DNA from: the human T2T-CHM13v2.0 reference genome, Homo sapiens | NCBI RefSeq assembly: GCF_009914755.1 | Contig: NC_060939.1 | Direction: 5' to 3' (one strand) | DNA length: 64,000 nt | Part shown: one piece after another, positions 12,333 through 25,394 of the stretch | Layout of the letters: each line of letters opens with the position of its first letter | Numbering within the stretch: position 1 is the first letter of the stretch | The notes under the pieces: generated by a model | Database searches by the model: none | What the model was told of the DNA's origin: nothing | The model's input: only the letters and a program-made list of their open reading frames with translations | Made by a program: the position numbers and the translations under genes

Positions 12333-13006
12333 GTGAGGAGTTTCAGACAATTTGGTGACACCTAACAGTGGGATAGAAGACCAGAAATCACTGTCTTTGC
12401 AGAACTAGGATTTATCTCTTATACCAGTAGGACCACTTTAATTTTTGCAGAATCAACTAAAAATGTGCAACCAAAAGTTGTCTTTAATTAGACAAGCCAC
12501 TTTAGCCCATAGCCCAGAAGGATGTTCTCCTCTGGCTAAGATTTCAATTTCACCTCAGTCAGGGTCTGCGGCATTCAGCTTAGTTCACGGAATATCTTTG
12601 ATGTGGCAGGCAATGGCACTGAACAGGAAATGCAGATAGGAATAGAACCTGCCCTCCAAATAGCCCACATGCAGGGATTGCAGAAAGCAGCAATCCTAGT
12701 TGCAGTCCTTGGATAACGGGTTTACAGATGGATTTTCTTTCTTTTCTCTTTAATTTGCTTTTGCAATAACAAAGAATATAAATTGCTTTTATAAAAGTAA
12801 GAAACTCATTAAGAGAAACTCATTTTTTAATTAAAACATGGGAGCATAGGCAGATTGATTAGAGCCATCCATGCCCCAGCCTGGTGCAACCATGGACAGA
12901 TAATATTCAGTTCCCATGGTGCTGAGGATGCTTGGAGACAACACTGAGTGTGACTTGCCCTCACAGACAACCTCCTGTCTGACTGTGCTGTTTGCTTTCT
13001 GCCTAG

Positions 13007-13128
13007 ACGTGGAGTGGACGGAGTGGTTCGATCATGATAAAGTATCTCAGACTAAAGGTGGGGAGAAAATTTCAGACCTCTGGAAAGCTCACCCAGGAAA
13101 AATATGCAATCGTCCCATTGATATACAG
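13007..13128 (+). CDS. CEMIP: CEMIP exon G (122 nt): DVEWTEWFDHDK...ICNRPIDIQ, WxxW module N-half
   Basis: gcctag|AC acceptor; ACAG|gtacc donor. Confidence 0.95.
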
Positions 13129-13832
13129 GTACCAAACTCACAGCAAAAATAGAAAATAGAAATGTGTTGTTTTGAAGAAGACTCTATAGATCACAGACAT
13201 TCTTGTCACTTGGGTGCTGTGATTCTCGTTGCCCTCCTGTGAGGTAGGTCAGCCAAAGAGTACCATTCCCACTTTAGAGACTGAAGCAGAGGCTTACTAT
13301 CTGCCCAAAAGCCAGGGCTCAGATTCTCTCCTGGGTCCAGCTTCTGAGTTCCTTCTCTTTAACTTGCTTCTTCAGCCATGACTGAGTGTGCCCCCACCAC
13401 AGGGATGGGTTTGGACTCCCCAGCCTCACTTCCCCGTCAATTTCCTTAGGGACCTTGAGTGCACAGGATGCAGCTAGGATTTGGGGTGCAGGCCAGGCCA
13501 GCCCAGATGGAGAACACACGCATGGCCTTGTTCTCAATTGAGCTAAATCAAAGCCAGCATTCATAGAATGGACAGTGTTTGCTCAAAATCTTCACTTAGA
13601 GTTAATTCCATCTGAAGGGGACCTTGATGTTCTCAGTTGGCTCCATCAAGAAAGTGTTGAGTAAATATACAGGCCTCACCAGCTGAGCCAGTGGGATACT
13701 AGGCTTTGGGAACAACAGGAGAGACAGGAGAAATAGGCAAAGTAAATGAGATTTATCTCCTTATGCCCAGTCTCATTCCAAGACAAGATTTGAGGCTGCT
13801 TAAATGCTTGATAGAGAATTAGAAGTCATTTG

Positions 13833-14143
13833 AGCTGGGCTCAGTGGATCATGCCTGTAATCCCAGCACTTTGGGAGGCCAAGGTGGGCAGATCACTTGA
13901 GGTCAGGAGTTAGAGACCAGCCTGGCCAGTATGGTGAAACCCCCTCTCGACTAAAAATACAAAAAAAAAAAAAAAAATTAGCTTGGTGTGGTGGCGGGTG
14001 CCTGTAGTCCCAGCTACTCAGGGTCTGAGGCAGGAGAATTGCGTAAACAGGAGGTGGAGGTTGTGGTGAGCTGAGATCGCACCACTGTACTCCAGCCTGG
14101 GTGACCGAGCAAGACTCTGACTCAAAAAAAAAACAAAAAAAAA
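13833..14143 (+). mobile_element. Alu with expanded middle A-tract
   Basis: Full dimer; TSD-like gtcatttga/ggcatttga. Confidence 0.95.
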
Positions 14144-16169
14144 CCAGGCATTTGAGAAAGGCCATCTCCACCCATTTTATCCTCCTTCAGCCAATAAAAA
14201 TAGCTACCCCATTTGTACAACACTTTTTCCTAGAATATCAAAGCTCGGGTCCCAGGTCAGCTCGAGTCCCAGGCCATCTGTCTGTGCTTTCACCCCGCCA
14301 CACCATCCTGGGCAGAACTTCTACCCTCTGTCTTGCCTTGTAAGAAGGACCACTTATCCAAGGGAGGAGCCTCTGTTCTGCACTTAGCAAAGTCTGAGGA
14401 AAACTTTCTCATTATTTGGCTGAGACTCTTCCCTTCACATGGCTTCAGTGTTATTGAGAAGGATTTACCCAGATTAAGTTTCAAGTTGCAGATTCTCCTT
14501 GGGTCCAACAGAATCAAAAAGCACTGATCCCCCACAGCACATTCTTTCCAGATTTAATTTTAATTTTCTCTCATAACCTTGAATGTTCCAGCTTTAATTC
14601 TGAAATAGCCATAATCTTATCCCTCCAGTTCACTTGACCACAGGAAGTCTAGCTCTTTACCAACCTCCCCTCTCCAAATACTTCTGGAAATGCTCAAGGA
14701 ATGCTTACATGGTCTACAAATCTTTCCTGGTGTTTGCTCTGCCAGTTTTCTGGCTCCAGACACTGTTGATTGGAAGACCACCTCTCAGTGCCAGGAAAAC
14801 AGCATTCCGTAGACATTCCCCACTCTTGCATTTACTTTGCTCCCAGCACAGACACAGGCCCTTCCTAGAGTGTCCCAAAACACAATTAAACCCAGGCTGA
14901 GAGCTCCATAAGCCAAGACCTTCATAGGGACCCAACCCTACACTCTATAACTGTTAGTCTGTTGCCATATTGCAAGACCTAGTTTTCTTCTAACAAAAAG
15001 AGTTCCCTTGGCAATACATTCCCCAAATTCAAGTTCTCCATTATTTGAGGTTCAGAGAACAGAAGATTCAACAGCAGTGTGGTCCCCTTACTCAGAAGCT
15101 TAGGGAAGTCTTCCCACAATGAAAGCATTCAGAACTCCCAATTCCATAATAAGACCTTTGGCTTTTTCTTGGCAAAACCAAGGTCTATTGAGATGGTCAT
15201 CTAAAAGATAAGAGTCATGTGCCTCCAAGGGTGAATTCAAACCTCCATCTCTACCGAAGAGAAGGTGTTGCCACGCTGGAGAGATCAGGCTTACTCCTAA
15301 TTCTCGCCACCAATCTTTAATCAATGGTCATCTCCAGACTTAGCTAGAGCATCTCTTCATGCTCATCAAAGGTAAAAATGGTGATGTAGAATATGCTCCT
15401 GGATGTTTCCAAGGCCAGAAAAACAAAGCCAGTCTTTCCTATGCTCACAAGAGGTGAGAGAAGCAGGATTTCCCCATTTTTAGCAGGTGACAAATGCATC
15501 AGCCAAAAGTTAAATGTCCTAGTTAATTAACCCAGGGAGAGACTAAAATGAAACACAACTCCCCACATGCTCATTTTTGCCACTATTGCAAAAATGCAGT
15601 TTTTCTCTGGTCACCTGGTGCCTCTCACCTCCCCGGGCCCTGAGCTTTTACGTGCTCCTCTTCCTGCTTGTGCCTGCCCCCAGTGCCCAACTCCGTGTCA
15701 TACACAGTGGGTCCCGGGATACCTGCCATGCACTGACATAGCCAGATCCTCTGGGCCAGGGAGTGTCAAGGACATTTGCAACCTAGGCAAGATTGGAGGA
15801 GGCAGGTTGGGAAGAAAGAGGAAGCAGCAAGACTGCACAGTTGACCTTAAGAAAAGCTTTTCCAAGATCTGATATTTTGTGATTCTGAAAAAAATTATAA
15901 TAACAAAAACACACTGTTTCTATGTCTTGCCCTTCGTTCAGCTCTCCTTGGCTGAAAAATCCTCTTGCCTCCCACCTTCTCTCTTAAAACCCAGCCACCC
16001 TTCAAGGCCAGTGGGATCTACTGGACTGAGATTTCCTTGGGGACATCAGGCAGTCTGTGTGTTCCCCACAGCAGCTGGTGCAGTGGCTAGAGGTCGGCCT
16101 GATGGTAACAAAAACATATTCTGAAGCCAGAGAGATCACAGCTCTACCACTTGTGAGCTTTGGCATATC

Positions 16170-16295
16170 AGCAAGTGAGGTGCCCACGGTGCAAAATTTA
16201 AGGCAGCCCGCTCCCTCCAGCGCCAACTCTGCACTTGCATGACCCTAAGAGTGGGTGCTGCCTTAAATTTTGTGCCCTGGGTACCTCACTCACAG
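16170..16295. mobile_element. MER91-like palindromic hAT MITE
   Basis: Inverted arms gtgaggtgccca.ggtgcaaaatttaaggcagc / gctgccttaaattttgtgccctgggtacctcac. Confidence 0.8.
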
Positions 16296-16441
16296 TCTTG
16301 TTACTTAGTGTCTCGTTTCCTCACAGCAAAAATAGGGATAATAATTATTTCCTCATGGGCATGTTTTGTGGATTCAGTGCAATGAAGTGTGCAGACTGAA
16401 AAGTGGCCCATACATTTTTTATTATTTAAAATTAATTTATT

Positions 16442-16770
16442 GGCTGGACTGGTGGCCCACGCCGGTAATCCCAGCACTTTGGGAGGCCAAAGTGGGTGGA
16501 TCAATTGAAGTTAGGAGTTCGAGACCAGCCTGGCCAAGCTGATGAAACCCTATCTCTACTAAAAATACAAAAATTAGCTGGGTGTGGTGGCGGGCACCTG
16601 TAATCCCAGCTACTCGGGAGGCTGAGGCAGAAGAATCGCTTGAACAGGTGGAGGTTGCAGTGAGCTGAGGTGGCGCCATTGTACTCCAGCCTGGGCAAGA
16701 GAGTGAGGCTCTGTCTCAAAATAAATAAATAAATAAATGAAATGAAATGAAATGAAATAAAATAAAATAA
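16442..16770 (+). mobile_element. Alu with (AAAT)n/(GAAAT)n tail
   Basis: Full dimer; TSD-like aaaattaatttatt/aaaataaatttact. Confidence 0.95.
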
Positions 16771-17799
16771 ATTTACTATTAGTTATTATATTGATAATTA
16801 TTTTGTTAATACTTATTATTACCAAGAATAATAATAAACTCAAGTCTACTTAAAGATCTCTTTCTCTGAATGATGATGGATTCCTTTTACTCTTCTTATC
16901 CAAAACTGAGGTCATTTTTCAGGTTAGAAAAAAGGAAAAAAAGAAAAAACAGCAGAATTGAGTAGATGTTCTCCTGGAATTATTGTTGGATGTTATACCT
17001 GGAAAAAATCTCCAGCCCCCTTCGATAATGTTTTCAGGCTCAGTTCTCAATCTTACGGGGTCTCCAATTGAAGAACATGCTACCCTCAGGGGAAAACTTC
17101 AGGAGGCCCGAGGAGCTGGGCTTACCTTAACTGACCTTGAGCTTACATCTGAACCCCTCTGAGCATCAGCGTTGACCTCCGTCTAAAAGCAAGTTTGCAA
17201 CCCCTGCCTCTCTGGCTGCTGCAGAGACCACCTGAGATAGGGGGTGTGAGTGTGTTTTTGCAGGAAATGACTGAGTTTTAATTGTGGCTGAACTCACATC
17301 CACATGGCTCTTCTTCCAAGCCAAAGATAACGGAGCTGCTGGGTTTAAAACAATGTTTCCTAAAAAGTCTCCTCTTTTTTTTTTTTTTTGACTGGCTATA
17401 CTTTCCTTCCTTATTACCCCAGTCTGGTCCCTTTGGTCTCTATGCCAAAGATGACAGCAGCTGCAGCCCTTGCTCTAAATTGCATGTCTTTGAATGATAG
17501 TCATGGTCAGGATGCAGACACACCCTGGCTCTGGGATGGGCCCCAGCTGGCAGGGATCATGCCCTCCCTGGAGGCCTGCTCCCTAAATTCTCCACCTGGC
17601 CTTGTAGCTGCTCACCAGCCAGCCCTCATCCACTGAGACCTCACTCTGTGCCAGGCCCTGGGCTGAATGCTGGGGACAAGGGGGCAAAAACCAGCTCCTT
17701 GCCCACCCAGAGCCCACCATGCGGTGGGAGGAGGCAGACATTTGAACAAAAGACATTAGGCGGCTTCCACCTTAGGGCAAGAGTGGATGGGGCTTAGAA

Positions 17800-18160
17800 G
17801 TGTTGTGATGTAGTTACATAAGTCTGGGTTCAAGTTTTAGCTCTGCCACCTACTGGCTTTGTGATCCTGGGTAAGTAACTGAACCTCTCTGAGGATGAGT
17901 TTCCTTATCTGTAAAACTAACAGCAGCCTCATAGTTTTGCTATGAAGATGAAATGAGATAATATAGGTAAGCATCTAGCTTTAGTGGTTCTCAAACTTTC
18001 TTGCCCATTAGAATCACCTGGGCAACTTTTCAAAGTCCAGATGTCCATGCTGCACCCCAGACACAATCAAATCTGAGGCTCCGAGGATGGGGACTGGGCA
18101 TGAGTATTTTTTAAAGACTCCTCCCCATGGGATGCAGAACCATGTTTGGACTGTTGGCCG
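17800..18160. mobile_element. MIR followed by MER5A-like hAT element (from about 17983)
   Basis: tctgggttcaagttttagctctgccacc MIR; gtggttctcaaact...attagaatcacctggg MER5A start. Confidence 0.7.
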
Positions 18161-18529
18161 CTGTTCATGGTGCTGGTAGTGGTGGTGCAAATTGTAAAAA
18201 GTGGCCAGCCCAGATCCTAGAAGAGTGGCTACTTATTGTAAATGCTCCGTAAAATGTTCACCCAGCCATAAGCAGTAGATCACTGGTTTCGATACTGAGT
18301 ACTGTAGGACCTCAGGCCAGGCATTTATCTATTCCAAGACTTTAGGCTGTCTTTCTCATAACAAAACTGATGGGGGCAATCATTGGGATAATCATCTCGG
18401 GCCGTTGTAAATAGTGTTGCAGCAGGGACAATTTTAGACTTCTGAGTATATGTTTAGAACATTAATCAGCACCTTCCTTCTCTATAAAAAAAAAACGACT
18501 TTGCTCTGTAATTTCTGTGTCATTCCCAG

Positions 18530-18662
18530 GCCACTACAATGGATGGAGTTAACCTCAGCACCGAGGTTGTCTACAAAAAAGGCCAGGATTATAGGTTTGC
18601 TTGCTACGACCGGGGCAGAGCCTGCCGGAGCTACCGTGTACGGTTCCTCTGTGGGAAGCCTG
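18530..18662 (+). CDS. CEMIP: CEMIP exon H (133 nt): ATTMDGVNLSTEVVYKKGQDYRFACYDRGRACRSYRVRFLCGKP, WxxW module C-half
   Basis: ttcccag|GCC acceptor; CCTG|gtaag donor. Confidence 0.96.
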
Positions 18663-19408
18663 GTAAGCAGCCCCTTGTCGGGGACACAGATGCAACTATG
18701 GCTCGGTTCCTTGAACTGGCAGCTATGCAGGCAACTTCCAGACCTCTCAGTGAGACAGTGCTCCCAAAGGAGAGCACTTTTGTGACACGGGAGCAGTGGG
18801 AGGATCCTTGGAGTTGGCAGGAGACAGCAGAACCCCACCCTGCCCATAAGCCTTTCAGGAAGGGGAAGGGCCTGGTCCAAGGCAGTCAAGGTACAAATGG
18901 ACAGAGCTGCCCTCCCCTGCAGAGATGTGCAGTTCTTTGCCTCTTTGGGTGCTATTATTTTAAATCCAGTACCTAAGGTGCTTGTTAGAAGAGATTGGAA
19001 ATGGTCGGGTTGTTCTCGGAGGCACTTGGCCATCTCCAGAAGGCAGTCATTAGGAATGAAAGTTTAGGGGGAGAAGTTTATGGCTACCGAAAATAATAGT
19101 TGAGAGGAACTATATTTGTTTTACATCTTGAGCAAAGTGGGTGGGGTGAGGCAGCCACATTTAACTCCAGCTAAGAAGTTAGTGGAAAATTCCCCCGCCC
19201 AGAGCTAATGAATGGCTCTTTTCTGGTAGGGTTTTTGTTGACTTCAAAAACCTTTACCAAGAGTGGGATGGAGCAAGCCAGTGATCTGGGTTTTGGATAG
19301 GCAAACCTGGCATTTAGTTATTTAGGGAGGGGAAGGGAAAAAAGAGGTAGCCAAAAGTTTGCCAAGAGCAAAGGGCTCTATCTCAGTCTTTCCTGTTTTG
19401 GGTTACAG

Positions 19409-19600
19409 TGAGGCCCAAACTCACAGTCACCATTGACACCAATGTGAACAGCACCATTCTGAACTTGGAGGATAATGTACAGTCATGGAAACCTGGAGAT
19501 ACCCTGGTCATTGCCAGTACTGATTACTCCATGTACCAGGCAGAAGAGTTCCAGGTGCTTCCCTGCAGATCCTGCGCCCCCAACCAGGTCAAAGTGGCAG
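19409..19600 (+). CDS. CEMIP: CEMIP exon I (192 nt): VRPKLTVTIDTNVNS...SWKPGDTLVIASTDYSMYQAEEF...VKVA
   Basis: ttacag|TG acceptor; GCAG|gtagg donor. Confidence 0.96.
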
Positions 19601-19682
19601 GTAGGACTTTTACTAATCCCTTCCTAGACTGGATGAATCTGAAAATTGTTAGGCTTAAAGTAAACTGAAGTTACAACAAATC

Positions 19683-20090
19683 TGTATCAGTCAGCTATGG
19701 CTGTAATAATGCTGCATAACAAAAAAAATCTTAAAACTTCATGACAGGTCTTTATTTCTTACTCATGTATCTGCAGGTTGTCTAGGGATCAGCTTCTCTA
19801 GACTGAGCCTGACTCCAGGCTGAGAGTTGGGTTCAAGTCACTTCCATATGACTCCCATTCTTCCCAAAACATATTCTTCTCACGGGGGAGATTGCAAACT
19901 CCTAGTGGTGAGCAGAAACACAGAACTCTTAAGGCCTAGGCTCAAAGATGGCACATTCTCACACATTCCATTGGCTAAAGTAAGTCACATGGTAAAGCAC
20001 AACACAAATAGGCTAGGGAAGCATATGTCTGTCACCAAGTTTGAGGGGGAGGAAGTGAATATTTGTTAGACAGTTATTCAATCTACTACA
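19683..20090 (-). mobile_element. MLT1-family MaLR LTR
   Basis: tgtatcagtcagctat...aataatgctgcataacaaa terminus; cacattccattggctaaagtaagtcacatgg. Confidence 0.7.
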
Positions 20091-20263
20091 AAATTTTTAA
20101 TCTCTTGTATCTGTGAGTTTGGGGTTTTTCTTTTTCTTCTCCTAAATCTTGATTTAGATGTCCTGTAATTTATGTTATTGGAGGTTACTGGAATCACAGA
20201 TTGTTGAAGGTAAAAAGAGACTTCAAATATAATCCAGGTCAATTATTCTTAGTAGGGGGAGTT

Positions 20264-20700
20264 ATGTATCAATTAGAGTTCTTTGGTTGTTAGCAACAGA
20301 ATCCAACTTGACTATCTTAAGCAAAACAGGAATTTATTGAGAGGCTATTCAACTTGGAGAACTAAAGGATAAGCTGAATAACTAACCTCCAAAAGGACAG
20401 GGAACAGGGTAGCTTCTGGGATCTGGGTAGCAGGAACTAATGGACTGTATCCTTAAGGCATCATCTTTAAGAACCATGCTTAGGCCATGGGACATAGTGC
20501 TCAAAAGTCACCTTCCAGGGAGAGAGCATCTGCTTGGGCTGGTGGCTTGTGTGCTCACCCTTTGGCTAGGAAAGGCAGGAACAGTCATTGAAAGTTCTTC
20601 TAAGACTGCATTAAATGGATAAATGGCTGTTCCGCAAAGGAAAATTGGGATATATTACCAGAAGAAAGGGGAATCAGAACTTAAGAGGTGTTAAACGTAT
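20264..20700 (-). mobile_element. Old MLT1 LTR fragment
   Basis: tgtatcaattagagttctttggttgttagcaacagaatccaact...gaatttattg terminus; approximate. Confidence 0.55.
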
Positions 20701-21699
20701 CACATGCTACAGGACCATACCACCTGGAGGAGTATTAGAATATGGGGTTGGGAGAAAGACCATGGATTGAGAAAGCGTATCCAATATACTCACCATATCT
20801 ATTATTTTGGAAAGAAACCCACAGAACATAAAATTCAACACAATCTTTTTGGCTGCCTGAGATGTGCTTGTGGAAGAATCTGTGGAGGCAAAGTTTAAAA
20901 AATCTGAGAACACTGATGGAATTCAGTCCCCTTATCTTAACACTCATGGGGGAGGCGGACCTAGAGGTCATGTGGTGGAGGCAGTCCACAAACAATGCAG
21001 CTGTGATGTCAGGGTGCCCACCTTACACCTCAGACCCTGAAAAAGAAGGCTTACGTGTTTTGGAGGGAGATGGTAATTTGGTGAGTGTAGCTAAAGAGAG
21101 GGAAAGAAGCAGCAGCTTGTGGGTAGAGGCCAAGATGACTAGACATTTGTTCCTTGACAAAGTAACAGAGTCTGCTTTTTTAATTGACAATGTTTGAACC
21201 CCTACATTATTTGCAAAAGGTTTCAGGGTATCTTACCATAAACACAAGTCCAAGTAAATCTGGCAATGAGGGTAAAAAAGATGGAAGGAGAATAAATTCA
21301 GCAAAAGCAGAGGGGGAGGTGACCGAGATTAGCAGAAGAGCAGAAGATACTAAAATAGACAATAAACTTTATCTCTAAGCTACCTGGAAGCCAGAGCAAA
21401 GAAAGAAACCTCACAAATTACTTAACTATCATTATCCACTGAAAGGAAGGCAACAAGGAGCCCAGAAGACCAAGAGGGACAACTTTCTCAGCTGTGAGCC
21501 ACTGAGGAATTTTCCACAGGGGTTTTCATATGAAAGATATTCACAACAATGTGAGCAGCAATGCTGGGAGCAGTTTTATGCAAAGATGCTCTGTGTGGGG
21601 CTATTTGCAGTTTGACTCCTAATAGTAGATGGGGACATGCTGTTGGTCACATTCTATGAAGACGTTTTGAAGAAGACATTTTTGGTTTGGGTTTTGTTT

Positions 21700-21965
21700 G
21701 GCAGAGGCAGAATAGAATAAAGAACATGGGCTTTGGAACAAGACACCTGGAATTTGGGTTCCAGGAATGCCAGTTATTTGCTGTATGACCTTAGACAATT
21801 ACGTAATCTTTCTTTATGTCAGCTTCCTCATCTGTAAATGGAGATAATGATTGTGGCTATTTCATGGGATTGTTGTGAGGATTAAAGGAGTTTGTATATG
21901 TGAGGCACTTACAATATTGCCTAGCACACAGTAAGTGCTTAATGAATGTTAGCTCTTATTATTAC
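21700..21965 (+). mobile_element. MIR (near full length)
   Basis: cagcttcctcatctgtaaatggagataat...cacacagtaagtgcttaatgaatgttagc. Confidence 0.8.
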
Positions 21966-22109
21966 CATTAGGTGCAATAATTTAGCAGCTATGCTTAAAG
22001 ATGGGAAAGGAGGAAGGGGTGTGGCTAACAGCAATTTATACCAATTCTGCTCCTTTGGGACATGCAGGTAGAGGGTGTTGTAGTGAGAGGGAAACAAACT
22101 ATTTCTATC

Positions 22110-22251
22110 ATTATTATTATTGTTATTGCTTTATAGAGACAGAGCCTCACTATGTTGCCCAGGCTGTTCTTGAAATCCTGGGCTTAAGTGATCCTCCCTC
22201 CTCAGCCCTCCCAAAGTGCCAGGATTACAAGCATAAGCCACCACACCCGGC
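22110..22251 (-). mobile_element. FLAM / Alu left monomer (antisense)
   Basis: agagacagagcctcactatgttgcccaggctg...aagccaccacacccggct. Confidence 0.9.
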
Positions 22252-22472
22252 TATCATCATTATTAATGAACATAGGTCTGTCATAGGCCTGCAGCTATTT
22301 CTCTGCATGTCTCCAGTGCCTCAAGGTGTGGATGCCATCTCTGTCAGTGTGCATGTTGCACACTTCCCCCACCCTTAGGCTGGGCAGGTGGCCTTGCCCC
22401 ACCTTTCCTCCACAGGGAGGTGGGCAGGAGCATTTCATCATGTATTCAACAAGCCATTAGAAAGCACATACA

Positions 22473-22865
<393 letters not shown>

Positions 22866-24125
22866 TCAGGGAGCCTGCAGTCCAGCAGTGAAGATAGATA
22901 TCCACCAAAGTATTGTTCCAATCAAAATAGAATTCCAATATAGAATGATGACAACTGCTATCAAAGTGGAATATGGGAGGTGCTGGGAGTATAGAAAAGG
23001 GAGATTTGGCAAAGACAGATGGGCATGTGAGTCTTCCCAGAGGAATGAGTGACTGAGCTGAGACAGAATAGAAGCTACCTAGGGAGAAGTACTGCCACAG
23101 GGGAACATAAAGTTGAGGGGTGCATGAGGCGTTCCAGCTACCAAGAGGCCGGAGTAGCTGAAGTAGAGAATGGGAGGGCTGCATGGGGCTCGAGAGAGAG
23201 GGAGGGGCCATGGTGCAGTTAAGGGCTTTATTCTGAGTGCACAGGGAAGTCATTGAAGGGCAGAAGCCTACTGGATATCCCCTGGCAGGGAAAGACCGTC
23301 TAGATTTGTGTTTATAGGAGGGAGCCAAGAAAAGCAAGTTCCTAATGATTGTTAAACCCTTGGGTCTTCACTGAATGACTATGTGTCACCCAGGGACAAT
23401 TGTGAAGAAGCCTCTGGGAGGTCAGATGTCCCCCTGGACTCTTGGCAGGAGTGGCATTCAGACCATCTGAGCTGATGTCACTGCTCACTATAAGATGATC
23501 CATGGGCCTGGGGTAGCATTTGGACTATTTAGGAGGGTGAAAGCCTGACCGTGAGCCCTTGCCTGCATGGAGGTGGGAGGGCATGCCAGGGAGAGGTGCT
23601 CGGGGTTTCTTGAGACCAGTCCCCATCTGCACCCCAGGGTGGGTCACCCCAAGGCCTGCACGGGAGTTCTCACTTTGAGCAGGTCCTGACAAGGCAGCTG
23701 TGGTGCCGAGGGTGGCCCTGAGAATGGAGAACCTTGTGTGCGTCAGAGCATTTCTGCCTCAGCCTACAGTGGGGTTGGGGTGTCCATGCAGGAGAGCTGC
23801 TCTTCTTGATCACGTTTGACTGCCTGGGTCAGCTGCTTCTGGAGGTCCCTGAAGGCTGGACAGAATGCAGGGGGCAGCTCCAGGCCCCGAGTACCAAGCG
23901 GGAGAGGATAAGTGGAGAAGATCCTGCGCCCACCTCAACGCCCTCCACTTTCCTTGGGGTTAGCACTGCCTGTGCTTGTTTCCGCGTTAGCCCCACCCCA
24001 GCCTACCTCCCTCCCTGAAGGACATTCGGCTCGGAGCAGCCACCTCCTTTGCCCTGCCGAGGAGCTGTGAGGCCCCCATGAAAACAGCAGCCCCTGGTGA
24101 ACAGCACCAGAAAAGCCCCAGGTAG

Positions 24126-24127
<2 letters not shown>

Positions 24128-24198
<71 letters not shown>

Positions 24199-24247
24199 TG
24201 TGTGTGTGTCTGTGTGTGTGTGTGTATTTTGTGTGTGTATTTTGTGT
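24128..24247. repeat. Long (GT)n microsatellite: 35 perfect units (24128-24197) plus imperfect extension
   Basis: Seen directly. Confidence 0.97.
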
Positions 24248-24890
24248 CTGTCTGTTCTGGAGAGGCTCACATTCCTCCTATTCATCCCCAAGCCCATTCT
24301 CTGGCTCTCCATCTCCCTGTTGACAGGATCAAGGATTCCACCTGCTTCTCCCTTTTCTGTGAGCCCCACCCACCCACCTAGGGACACAGCTATCTCTTAG
24401 GCTTCTCTTCCCCAGGCTGGCTGCAGACACGGACACGATCTCCCTGGGTCCTTCTTCCTCATTGCTCCCAGATTTCATTCTACAGGACTGTTTGCATTTC
24501 CCTTAAGGCCTTTCTGATGGGAAACAGATGGGGGTAACATAGTAATGAAAATGCATGAATCATCTAAAAAAAAATTTCAAAATTTTGTCAACCACAGTAT
24601 GATTACCAACACCTCACAGTGTGGCAGTTGGAACTCCCCTCCCTTGATTTTCCACCCTGTTGTCTTTACCACCTCCCCACTTTGCCCATAAACACCCCCC
24701 ACATCTTTAAAGAATGCCACTATTAGCTAGAATTAACATGAATTTCGTTTTCTGTGATATTCCAAGTACTTCACATAAACCATCTTGTTCACTCTTCACA
24801 ACAACCTAATACAGTAGGGGCTACTGTTTTCTTCATGACACAAATGAGGAAACTGAGGCTCATGGAAATTAAATATCTAGACATTTAATT

Positions 24891-25394
<504 letters not shown>

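Noticed and set aside
20700-21200. Cluster of short ORFs suggesting a processed pseudogene
   Set aside because: No recognisable protein similarity, poly(A) tail or TSD
23935-24400. HT/VC-repeat ORFs
   Set aside because: Translation of the (GT)n microsatellite
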